NCBI RefSeq assembly: GCF_018350175.1
Contig: NC_058383.1
Span: 7,008,001 to 7,072,000 of the forward strand
Length of the DNA stretch: 64,000 bases
Reading direction: 5' to 3'
Source of the DNA: Felis catus
Taxonomy: Eukaryota
Shown here: positions 13,081 through 25,100 of the stretch, piece by piece
How the letters are laid out: the number at the start of each line of letters is the position of its first letter
Position numbering within the stretch: the first letter of the stretch is position 1
Translations under genes and position numbers: made by a program
Notes under the pieces: generated by a model
What the model was told of the DNA's origin: nothing
Seen by the model: the letters and a program-made list of their open reading frames with translations, nothing else
Database searches by the model: none

Positions 13081-16000
13081 CTTTGTTTTTGTTTTTTCTT
13101 TCTTTTTAAATTATATATTTTTAAATTTACATCCAAATTGGTTACCATATAGTACAACAATGATTTCAGGAGTAGATTCCTTAGTGCCCCTTACCCATTT
13201 AGCCCATCCCTCCTCACACACACCCTACAGTAACCCTATGTTTGTTCTCCATATTTATGAGTCTCTTATGCTTTGTCCCCCTCCCTGTTTTTATATTATT
13301 TTTGTTTCCCTGCCCTTATGTTCATCTGTTTTGTCTCTTAAAGTTCTTATATGAGTGAAGTCATATGACATTTGTCTTTCTCTGACTGACTAATTTCATT
13401 TAGCATAATACCCTCCGGTTCCATCCACGTAGTTGCAAATGGCAAGATTTCATTCATTTTTATTGCCAAGTAATACTCCATTGTATATATAGACCACATC
13501 TTCTTTATCCATTCATCCATCGATGGACATTTGGGCTCTTTCCATCCTTTGGCTATTGTTGATAGTGCTGCTATAAACATGGGGGTGCATGTGTCCCTTC
13601 GAAACAGCACACCTGTATCCCTTGGATAAATGCCTAGTGTGCAATTACTGGGTCGTAGGGTGGTTCTATTTTAATTTTTTGTGGAACCTCCATACTGTTA
13701 TCCAGAGTGGCTGCACCAGCTTGCATTCCCACCAACAATGCAAAAGAGATACTCTGCATCCTCATCAACATCTGTTTTTGCCTGAGTTGTTAATGTTAGC
13801 CATTCTGACAGGTGTGAGGTGGTATCTCATTGTGGTCTTGATTTGTATTTCCCTGGTGATGAGTGATGTGGAGCATTTTTTCATGTATCGGTTGGCCATC
13901 TGGATGTCTTCTTTGGAGAAGTGTCTATTCATGTCTTTTGCCCATTTCTTCACTGGATTATTTGTTTTTTGGGTGTTGACTTTGATAAGCTCTTTATAGA
14001 TTTTGGATACTAACCCTTTATCTGATATATCATTTGCAAATATCTACTCCCATTCCATCGGTTGCCTTTTAGTTTTGCCGATTGTTTCCTTCACCGTATA
14101 AAAACTTTTTATTTTGATGAAGTCCCAATAGTTCATTTTTGCTTTTGTTTCCCTTGCCTCCAGAGACATGTTGAGTAAGAAGTTGCTGCAGCCAAGGTCA
14201 AAGAAGTTTTTGCCTGCTTTCTCCTGGAGGATTTTGATGGCTTCCTGTCTTACATTGAGGTCTTTCACCCATTTTGAGTTTGTTTTTTGTGTATGGTGTA
14301 AGAAAGTGGTTCAGGTTCATTCTTCTGCATGTCACTGTCCAGTTTTCCCACCACCACTTGCTAAAGAGACTGTCTTTATTCCATTGGATATTCTTTCCTG
14401 CTTTGTCAAAGATTAGTTGGCCATACGTTTATGGGTCCATTTCTGGAGTTTCTATTCTGTTCCATTGATCTGAATGTCTGTTTTTGTGCCACTACCATAC
14501 TGTCCTGATGATTATAGCTTTGTATTACAGCTTGAAGTCTGGGATTGTGATGCCTCCTGCTTTGGTTTTCTTCTTAAAGATTGCTTTGGCTATTTGGGGT
14601 CTTTTCTGGTTCCATACAAATTTTAGGATTGTTTGTTCTAGCTCTTTAAAGAATCCTGGTGTCATTTTGATAGGGATTGCGTTGAATATGTAGATTGCTT
14701 TGGGTAGTATTGACATTTTAACAATATTTGTTCTTCCTATCCAGGAGCATGGAATATTTTTCCACTTTTTTTGTGTCTTCTTCAATTTCTTTCATAAGCT
14801 TTCTATAGTTTTCAGTGTGTGATTTTTCATCTTTTTGCTTAGGTTTATTCTTAGGTATTTTATGGTTTTTGGTGCAATTATAAATGAGATCAATTCCTTG
14901 ATTTTATGTTGCTTCATTGTTGGTGTATAGGAATGCAACCGATTTCTGTGCATTGATCTTATATTGTACAACTTTGCTGAATTTATGGATCAGTTCTAGC
15001 AGGGTTTTGGTGAAGCCTTTTGGGTTTTAGAGTATCACGTCATCTGCAAAGAGTGTATGTTTGACTTCCTCCTGGATGCTTTGGGTGCTTTTATTTCTTT
15101 GTGTAGTCTTACTGCTTGAGGCTAAGACGTCCAATACTATGTTGAATAACAGTGGCGAGAGTGGACATCCCTGTATTGTTCCTGACCTTAGGGGGAGAGC
15201 TCTCAGTTTTTCCCCATTGAGGATGATATTAGAGGTGGATCTTTCACTTATGGCTTTTATGATCTCCAGGTATGATCCTTCTATCCCTACTTTCTTGAGG
15301 GTTTTTATCAAGAAAGGATGCTGGATTTTGTGAAATGCTTTCTCTGCATCTTTTGAGAGGATCGTGTGGTTCTTGTCCTTTTTTCTATTGATGTGATGAA
15401 TGACATTGATTGTTTTGCAGATTTTGAACCAGGCCTGCATCCCAGGTATAAATCCCACTTGGTCATGGTGAATAAGTCTGTTAATGTATTGTTGGATCCA
15501 GTTGGCTAGTATCATCTTGAGGATTTTTTTGCATCCATATTCATCAGGGAAATTGGTCTATAGTTCTCCCTTTTAGTGGGGTCTCTGTGTGGTTTTGGAA
15601 TCAAGGTAATGCTGGCTTCATAGAAAGAGTTTGGAAGTTTTCCTTCCATTTCTATTTTTTGGAACAGTTTCAAGAGACTAGGTGTTAACTCTTCCTTAAA
15701 TGTTTGGTAGAATTCCCCTGGAGAGCCATCTATCCCTGGACTCTTGTTTTTTGGGAGAATTTTGACTACTAATTCGATTTCCTTACTGGTTATGGGTCTG
15801 TTCAAATTTTCTATTTCTTCCTGTTTCAGTTTTGGTAGTGTATATGTTTCTAGGAATTTGTCCGTTTCTTCCAGATTGCCCATTTTATTGGCATATAATT
15901 GCTCATAATATTCTCTTATTATTGGTCTTATTTCTGCTGTGTTGGTTGTGATCTCCCCTTTTTCATTCTTGATTTTATTTATTTGGGTCCTTTCCTTGTC

Positions 16001-16982
16001 TTTTTGATCAAACTGGCTAGTGGTTTATCGATTTTGTTAATTCTTTCAAAGAACCAGCTTCTGGTTTCATTGATCTGTTCTGGTTTGTTTGCTTGTTTGT
16101 TTGGGTTTTGATAGCATTAGTTTCTGCTCTAGTCTTTATTATTTCCTGTCTTCTGCTAGTTTTGGGTTTTATTTGCTGTTCTTTTTCCAGTTCTTTAAGG
16201 TGTAATGTTAGGTTGTGTATCTGAGACCTTTCTTACTTCTTTAGGAAGGCCTGGATTGCTATATTCTTTCCTCTTATGACCACCTTTTCTGCATCCCAGA
16301 GGTTTGGGGCTGTGGTGTTATCATTTTCATTGGCTTCCATGTACTTTTTAATTTCCTTTTTAATTTCTTGGTTAGCCCATTCATTTTTTAGTAGGATGTT
16401 CTTTAGTCTCCAAATATTTTTTATCTTTTCAAAATTTCTTGTGGTTGATTTTGAGTTTCATAGCATTGTGGCCTGAAAATATGCATGGCATGATCTCGAT
16501 TTTTTTGTACTTGTTGAGAGATGATTTGTGTCCCAGTATGTGATCTCTTGTGGAGAACGTTCCATGTGCACTGGAGAAGAATGTGTATTCTGCTGCTTTT
16601 GGATGAAATGTTCTGAATATATCCGTTAAGTCCATCTGGTCCAATGTGTCATTCAAAGCCACTGTTTCCTTGTTGATTTTCTGTTTTGATGTAACTGGGG
16701 TGTTGAAGTCCTCTACTATTATGGTATTATTATCAGTTAGTTTCTTTGTGTTTCTGATTAATTGATCTATATATTTGGGTGCTTTCACGTTTGGAGCATA
16801 CATGTTTACAATTGTTAGGTCTTCTTGGTGGATAGACCCCTTAATTATGATATAATGCCCTTCTTCATCTCTCATTACAGTCTTTATTTTAAAGTCTAGA
16901 TTGTCTGATGTAAGTATGGCTACTCCAACTTTCTTTTGGCTAGCATTAGCAGAATAGATCGTTCTCCATCCCCTTACTTTCT

Positions 16983-17077
16983 TTTATTTGTTTGTTTGTT
17001 TATCTAATATAATTTATTGTCAAATTGGCTTCCATACAACACTCAGTGCTCATCCCCACAAGTGTCCTCCTCCCATT
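16983..17077 (-). mobile_element. ~95-bp 3' terminal fragment of a lineage-Y L1 nested in ORF2 of the lineage-X L1
   Basis: Poly-T plus 'aatttattgtcaaattggcttccatacaacactcagtgctcatcccc'. TSD cccttactttct at 16971-16982 and 17078-17089. Confidence 0.88.
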
Positions 17078-18283
17078 CCCTTACTTTCTCTCTGAAGGTG
17101 TTTTTAGGTCTAAAGTGAGTCTCTTGTAAACAGCATATAGATGGATATTGTTTTCTTTTACATTCTGGTACCCTGGTACCTTGATTGGAGCATTGAGTCC
17201 ATTGACATTTATAATGAGTACTAAAAGATATGAGTTTATCACCATTATGTTGCCTGTAGAATTGGAGTTTCTGGTGGTGTGCTCTGGTCCTTCCTAGTCT
17301 TTCTTGCTTTTGGTCTTTTCTTTCCATCTTCTCCCCTCAGAGAGTTCCCCTTAAATTTTTTTGCAGGGCTGGGTTAGTGGTCCTTTAAGTTTTGTTTGTC
17401 TGGGAAACTTTTTATCTCTCCTTCTATTTTGAATGACAGCCTTGCTGGAGAGAGAATTATTGGCTGCATATTTTTCCGATTTAGCACATTCAATATATCC
17501 TGCCACTCCTTTCTGGCTTGCCAGGTTTCTGTGGTTAGGTCTGCTGCAAACCTGATCTGTCTTCCCTTGTGGGTTAAGGACTTTTTTTTTCCTTGCTGCT
17601 TTCATGATTCTCTCCTTGCCTGAGTATTGTGTGAATTTGACTATGATATGCCTTGTTTATGGTCAGTTTTTGTTGAATCTAATGGAGTCCTCTGTGTTTC
17701 CTGGATTTTGATGTCTGTGTCTTTTCCCACGTTAGGAAAGTTTTCCACTATGATTTGTTCACATGACCCTTCTACCCCTTTTACCTCTCTTCCTCTTCTG
17801 GGACCCCTATGATTCTGATGTTGTTACTTTTTAATGAGTCATTGATTTCTCTAATTCTTAAATCGTGCTCTTTTGCCTTTATCTCCCTCTTTTTTTCTGT
17901 TTCATTATTCTCCATAAGTTTGTCCTCTATATCACTGATTCTCTGTTCTACCTCATCCATCCTTGCCACCGTGGCATCCATTCAAAACTGCAGCTAAGTT
18001 ATAGCATTTTTTATTTCATCCTGACTAGTTTTTACTTCTTTTATCTCTGCAGAAAGGGATTCTAATCTATTTTCAACTCCAGCTAGTATTCCTATTATCA
18101 TGATTCTAAATTCTGGTTCAGACATTTTGCTTGTATCTGTATTGGTTAAATCCCTGGCTGTCATTTCTTCGTGCTCTTTCTTTTGGGGTGAATTCCTTCA
18201 TTTCATCATTTTGGAGGGAGAAAAGGAATTAATGAGGCAGAAAAATTAAAATTAAAAAATTAAAAAAAATTAAAATTAAAAAA

Positions 18284-18322
<39 letters not shown>

Positions 18323-18494
18323 TTGAATAAATGATGCCAAATCCTAGGTGTGTTTTGGTCTGGGTGTTTAAAGTGTTTGATAGATTAGAGAAAAAAGGGG
18401 GGGGAATCATTTGAGAATTTGAAAAAATGAATACACTGAAGTAGACTAAAATGAAATGATGGGAGTAAAATAGACTTTGAAAAAATTGACACAG

Positions 18495-18654
18495 AGACGG
18501 GTGGAAGATGGCAGTATAGGACACTGAATCACCTCGTCCGGCTGATGACTTAGATTCCACCCACATCTGCCTAAATAGCCCAGAAAACCGCCAGAAGACT
18601 AGAAGAACAGACTCTCTGGAGCCAAGCGTAGACTAGAGGCCCAGAGAAGAGGGT
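18495..18654 (+). mobile_element. Isolated first ~160 bp of a lineage-Y L1 5'UTR inside the 5'UTR of the antisense L1
   Basis: 'ggaagatggcagtataggac...cttagattccacccacatctgcctaaata...gagaagagggt' matches 20432-20587, 22153-22306 and 43126-43280. Confidence 0.88.
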
Positions 18655-20427
18655 GGTCTGGTGTTGAAAGGAGGTTGAGAGATTAGAGAAAAAGGGGAAA
18701 GCTAAGAAAAGAAAAAAAGGAAAACATTTGAAAATTTGAAAAAATGAATACACTAAAATAGAATAAAATGAAATGATGGAAGCAAAATAGATTTACAAAA
18801 TTTACAAAAAAGTAAAAAATATAGTAGAAAAAAATAAAGGAAATTATTTTTAATAAAAATGGGAAAATTTTTTTCTCTTTCTGTATTCAAGAATGAAAGA
18901 AAAGAAAAAAATTGAATAGATGGACCAGCGATCAGACTGAAATACATTGAAATTACATGGTTTTCCACTTGAAGTCAAACTATGAAGCACTTTATAATCT
19001 GTAAACTAAGCAGGCAAAAAGACTTGTAGTTTTCCTGAAGAGCGAGGTTGGCCCAGTGGGTGGGGCTTAGTGTAACGGCTCTGTTCTTCACCAGATGGAG
19101 CTGCTTAGCTTACTGGGGTGGATTATTGTGGCACACGTAGGTGTGTATGTGCATGCTCAGGAAGGGTGAAAATGGCGTCACCCAGCTACCCAGTCTCTAG
19201 TATCAGAACTCTGTTCTCCCCAATCAGCAATCACACACCCATCCTTTGTCTCCAGCTTCCATCCACTCCATGCTGTTATACTGTCTGTGACCAAGCCATC
19301 AGGTTGCCAGGCATCACCTCCCTCCTAAGTTTTATCCCAGATGTTTCTGTGTTTCCCAACTCCTCACTTCTGAGGGACTGTGGCTTTAACCTGTTCTGAC
19401 CCTCTGGGGGCGGGTCTCACTGAGCAATGGTTGGGTGCCAGCCTGCCCCAGAAAAAGTGCATGCGATCATGTAACAGGACTGTTTCAGGAATTATGGTAA
19501 ATCACAACACACATCTGGCATCAGGCTTCCCCCTTAACTTCCTTGTTCCAGCACTAGCAAATGTGGTTGTTCTCCAGGATCAACTGGGACCTTTGACGGT
19601 GGCCACACAGACTCTACCAGCTGTCCTCCCAGCAGGGAACCACCTCTCACCGTGTGGTCCAAAGACCCTTTGGAACCTTCTTTCTGCTCCCAGGATTCGC
19701 CCTTTCCACCAGAGCACCACCAGGTATCAAGCTGTGGAGTTTCAGACTCTGTGCTCTCCTGTTTATAGTCTTAATGGAATTTAAACCTCTTCTTTCTCCT
19801 TTCTCCCTTTTTTGTTCAGTCCCTTGCATACTTTCTTTTCTCTCCATTTGCTTTCAGGAGTGGTGTGTGTGTGGATGCTTTCCTGTACTCTCCCCCCTGG
19901 ATCTGTCCTCTCTGCAAGCAAAAACAGCTCCCTGCCCTCCACAGCTTCTCTCTTCCCCAGCTCACCTCTTTGCACCACATACCTGCCAAGTTCTGTGGTT
20001 CACGTTGTGCAGATTGTTGTGTTAATTCTCAAGTCAGTTTTCTAGGTGTGCAAGATGGTTTAGTGTTGATCTGGCTGCATTTCAGGGCTGAGAGATGCAA
20101 AAAAAATTTCCATGCTGTTGCATTGTCTTGGCTCCTCCCAGAATTTAGCTTTTATTGACCTATCATGCACTCTACTTAGGGAACTGTTTAGAGACAAATT
20201 ATGCCCACTAGGAGAAAGAAGACAAGAGGGATCTCATCCTAGTGGAGCTTTACACCCTGCAAGGGTAGGGAAAAGTGAGGTGTGGTAGTCTTGTTCCCTG
20301 CTCTGTATTTACACAGCTGAAAGATACTACAGGCTCCAATTAGAATCCAGGAAATGAAGTCTCTAAACATTTATGTTCTCAGACTCCTCACAGACCAAGT
20401 GATAAATAGAGCCATTTAAACATAATA

Positions 20428-22141
20428 GGTAGGAAGATGGTGGCATAGGAGGGTGCTGGGCTCACCGCGTCCTACTGATTGCTTAGATTCCACCCACATC
20501 TGCCTAATTTACCCAGATAACCACCAGAAGACTAGCAGAATGGACTCTGCGGAGCCAAGTGTAGACAAAAGGCCCACGGAAGAGGGTAGGAAGGGTGGAG
20601 AGGCAGTGTGCGCTACATGGACTGGCGGGAGGGAGTCAGGGCGGTGGAGGGGCAGCCAGCCCACCTGGCAAGGCAGAGGCCCTGAGTCTGGCTTGCAAAA
20701 GCAGAGGGGCTGGACGGAGTGTGTTCTGACAGCCAGTGGGACTTAACATCTGGAATGTTATAAGTCGACAACTCTGCTCAGAGAGCGGGAGGGGAAGTTG
20801 TTGAGCCCCAGAGGCCAGAGCTCAGCTTGGCGGGGAACAAAGGCGCTGGGAAGCGCCATCTCCCTCGCCCATCCCACAGCCAAAATCCCAGAGGGAACCA
20901 ATTCCCATCACAGAACTTGCTTGCACTGCGCAAACACCCAACACTGTGCTTCTGCGGATCCATCCCTCCCACGGGTCTGCCTCCCACCCGGTGCCACAGA
21001 GCCCCTCCCAAAGTGGATCACCAAAGGCAAAGTGAGATGAGCCTACCCCTCCTGCCCCTGTGCACCTTGCGGATCCACCCCTGCTAATACACCAGATCCC
21101 ATCGAAGCAGTACCACAAGACTGGCAGTGTGCAAGTAGCCCAGACAGAGGCCATACAACTCCACAGTGGGTCCTGCCACTGGAGAGGGGAATTTAAGGTA
21201 CACACCAGTCTGACTGTGGCTCCATTGGTGGGCTGGGGGCAGACATCAGGTGTGACTGCGGCCCCACCCACCAACACAAGTTACTCCAGACAGCACAGAG
21301 GAAGAGCCCTGCAGTTCCCCACCACTCCAGGGACTATCCAAAATGATGAAACCGAAGAATTCTCCTCAAAAGAAACTCCAGGAAGTAGCGACATCTAACA
21401 AACCAATCAAAACTATTTAAGCAATATAGCGGAAAATGAATTTAAAATAATAGTCATAAAATTAATCGCTGGGCTTGGAAAAGTATAGAGGACAGCAGAG
21501 AATATATTACTACAGAGATCAAGAGACTAAGAAATAGTCAGGAGGAGCTAAAAAATGGGATAAACGAGCTGCAAAATAAAATGGAGGCGACCACAGCTCG
21601 AATTGAAGAGGCAGAGGAGAGAATAGGTGAATTAGAAGACAAAATTATTGAAAAAGAGGAAGCTGAGAAAAAGAGAAAAAAATCAAGGAGTATGAGGGGA
21701 GAATTAGAGAACTAAGTGATGTAATCAAACAGAATCATATCCGTATCATTGGTATTCCAGAAGAAGAAGATGAGAGAGAGAAAAGGGCTGAAGGTGTACT
21801 CGAACAAATCATAGCTGAGAACTTCCCGGATCTGGGGAAGGAAAAAGGCATTGAAATCCAAGAGGCACAGAGAACTCCCTTCAGGCATAACTTGAATCGA
21901 TCTCCTGCATGACATATCATAGTGAAACTGGCAAAATACAAGGATAAAGAGAAAATTCTGAAAGCAGCTAGGGATAAACAGGCTCTAAATATAGACACAT
22001 AAGAGTACTGGCAGACCTATCTACTGAAACTTGGCAGGCCAGAAACGAACGGCGGGAAATCTTCAATGTGATAAACAGAAAAAATATGCATCCGAGAATC
22101 CTTTATCCAGCAAGTCTGTCATTTAGAATAGAAGGAGAGAT
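20428..22141 (+). mobile_element. Lineage-Y L1: unspliced 5'UTR plus disrupted ORF1, 3'-truncated at the next L1
   Basis: 5'UTR homologous to 43120-44040, ORF1 start at ~21343 with frameshifts. It stops abruptly at 'gaaggagagat' and never resumes. Confidence 0.92.
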
Positions 22142-25100
22142 GGAGGAGGAGGGAAGATGGCGGCGTAGGAGGACGCTGGGCTCACCGCGCGTCCTGCTGA
22201 TCACTTAGATTCCACCTACACCTGCCTAAATAACCCAGAAAACCGCCAGAGGATTAGCAGAACGGAGTCTCCGGAGCCAAGCGCAGACGAGCGCCCACGG
22301 AAGAGGGGCCCCTCCTGAAGTGGATCACCTAAGGAGAAGTGAGCTAAGCCTGCCCCTTCTGCCCCCGTGCACCTTGCCTACCCACCCCAGCTAATACGCC
22401 AGATCCCCAGCATCACAAGCCTGACAGTGTGCAAGTAGCCCAGACAGGCCACGCCACCCCACAGTGAATCCCGCCCCTAGGAGAGGGGAAGAGAAAGCAC
22501 ACACCAGTCTGACTGTGGCCCCAGCGGTGGGCTGGGAGCAGACATCAGGTCTGACTGCGGCTCCGCCCACCAACTCCAGTTATACACCACAGCACAGGGG
22601 AAGTGCCCTGCAGGTCCTCACCACGCCAGGGACTATCCAAAATGACCAAGCGGAAGAATTCCCCTCAGAAGAATCTCCAGGAAATAACAACAGCTAATGA
22701 GCTGATCAAAAAGGATTTAAATAATATAACAGAAAGTGAATTTAGAATAATAGTCATAAAATTAATTGCTGGGCTTGAAAACAGTATAGAGGACAGCAGA
22801 GAATCTCTTGCTACAGAGATCAAGGGACTAAGGAGCAGTCAAGAGGAGCTGAAAAACGCTTTAAACGAAATGCATAACAAAATGGAAACAACCACGGCTC
22901 GGATTGAAGAGGCAGAGGAGAGAATAGGTGAACTAGAAGATAAAGTTATGGAAAAAGAGGAAGCTGAGAAAAAGAGAGATAAAAAAAATCCAGGAGTATG
23001 AGGGCAAAATTAGAGACCTAAGTGATACACTAAAAAGAAATAATATACACATAATTGGTATCCCAGAGGAGGAAGAGAGAGGGAAAGGTGCTGAAGGGGT
23101 ACTTGAAGAAATAATAGCTGAGAACTTCCCTGAACTGGGGAAGGAAAAAGGCATTGAAATCCAAGAGGCACAGAGAACTCCCTTCAGACGTAACTTGAAT
23201 CGATCTTCTGCACGACATATCATAGTGAAACTGGCAAAATACAAGGATAAAGAGAAAATTCTGAAAGCAGCAAGGAGTAAACGTGCCCTCACATATAAAG
23301 GGAGACCTACAAGACTCGTGACTGATCTCTCTTTTGAAACTTGGCAGGCCAGAAAGAATTGGCACGAGATTTTCAGGGTGCTAGACAGAAAAAATATACA
23401 GCCGAGAATCCTTTATCCAGCAAGTCTGTCATTTAAAATAGAAGGAGAGATAAAGGTTTTCCCAAACAAACAAAAACTGAAGGAATTTGTCACCACTAAA
23501 CCAGCCCTACAAGAGATCCTAAGGGGGACCCTGTGAGACAAAGTACGAGAGACATCACTACAAGCATAAAACATACAGACACCACAATGACTCTAAACCC
23601 GTATCTTTCTATAATAACACTGAATGTAAATGGATTAAATGCGCCAACCAAAAGACATAGGGTATCAGAATGGATAAAAAAACAAGACGCATCTATTTGC
23701 TGTCTACAAGAGACTCATTTTAGACCTGAGGACACCTTTAGATTGAGAGTGAGGGGATGGAGAACAATTTATGATGCTACTGGAAGCCAAAAGAAAGCTG
23801 GAGTAGCCATACTTATATCAGAAACACTAGACTTTAAATTAAAGACTGTAACAAGAGATGAAGAAGGACATTATATAATAGTTACAGGGTCTATCCATCA
23901 GGAAGAGCTAACAATTATAAATGTCTATGTGCCGAACACCGGAGCCCCCAAATATATAAAACAATTACTCATAAACATAAGCAACCTTATTGATAAGAAT
24001 GTGGTAATTGCAGGGGACTTTAACACCCCACTTACAGAAATGGATAGATCATCTAGACACACGGTCAATAAAGAAACAAGGGCCCTGAATGAGACATTGG
24101 ATCAGATGGACTTGACAGATATATTTAGAACTCTGCATCCCAAAGCAACAGAATATACTTTCTTCTCGAGTGCACATGGAACATTCTCCAAGATAGATCA
24201 TATACTGGGTCACAAAACAGCCCTTCATAAGTTTACAAGAATTGAAATTATACCATGCATACTTTCAGACCACAATGCTATGAAGCTTGAAATCAACCAC
24301 AGGAAAAAGTCTGGAAAACCTCCAAAAGCATGGAGGTTAAAGAACACCCTACTAAAGAATGAGTGGGTCAACCAGGCAATTAGAGAAGAAATTTAAAAAT
24401 ATATGGAAACAAACGAAAATGAAAATACAACAATCCAAACGCTTTGGGATGCAGCGAAGGCAGTCCTGAGAGGAAAATACATCGCAATCCAGGCCTATCT
24501 CAAGAAACAAGAAAAATCCCAAATACAAAATCTAACAGCACACCTAAAGGAAATAGAAGCAGAACAGCAAAGGCAGCCTAAACCCAGCAGAAGAAGAGAA
24601 ATAATAAAGATCAGAGCAGAAATAAACAATATAGAATCTAAAAAAACTGTAGAGCAGATCAACGAAACCAAGAGTTGGTTTTTTGAAAAAATAAACAAAA
24701 TTGACAAACCTCTAGCCAGTCTTCTCAAAAAGAAAAGGGAGATGACCCAAATGGATAAAATCATGAATGAAAATGGAATTATTACAACCAATCCGTCAGA
24801 GATACAAACAATTATCAGGGAGTACTATAAAAAATTATATGCCAACAAATTGGACACCCTGGAAGAAATGGACAAATTCCTAAACACCCACACTCTTCCA
24901 AAACTCAATCAGGAGGAAATAGAAAGCTTGAACAGACCCATAGCCAGCGAAGAAATTGAATCGGTTATCAAAAATCTCCCAACAAATAAGAGTCCAGGAC
25001 CAGATGGCTTCCCAGGGGAATTCTACCAGATGTTTAAAGCAGAGATAACACCTATCCTTTTCAAGCTATTCCAAGAAATAGAAAGGGAAGGAAAACTTCC

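Larger units (their letters stand above)
13082..20138 (-). mobile_element. Full-length degenerate LINE-1, lineage X (long ~1.7-kb 5'UTR)
   Basis: Minus-strand ORF1, endonuclease, RT and C-terminal fragments with many stops and frameshifts. The 5' end (revcomp ggaggagccaagacaatgcaacagcatgg) resembles 38728. Confidence 0.95.
2670..20390 (+). repeat. Segmental duplication, copy A of the CYP3A downstream/intergenic block (interrupted by the antisense L1 composite at ~12590-20138)
   Basis: Colinear matches to 27643-37815: 'tctcaacaattttatcaacaaactttcatgaaacaagaatttttgt' (2674 vs 27645), 'gattaattaattggtctatttacagag' (9529 vs 34830), 'aactgtttagagacaaatt' (20182 vs 37611). Confidence 0.95.

Noticed and set aside
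13065..20156. TSD for the antisense L1 (ccataatttggctatt versus ccagaatttagctttt)
   Set aside because: Three mismatches in 16, and the right-hand copy is equally explained by homology to copy B (tttaacttttattg at ~37573). Ambiguous.
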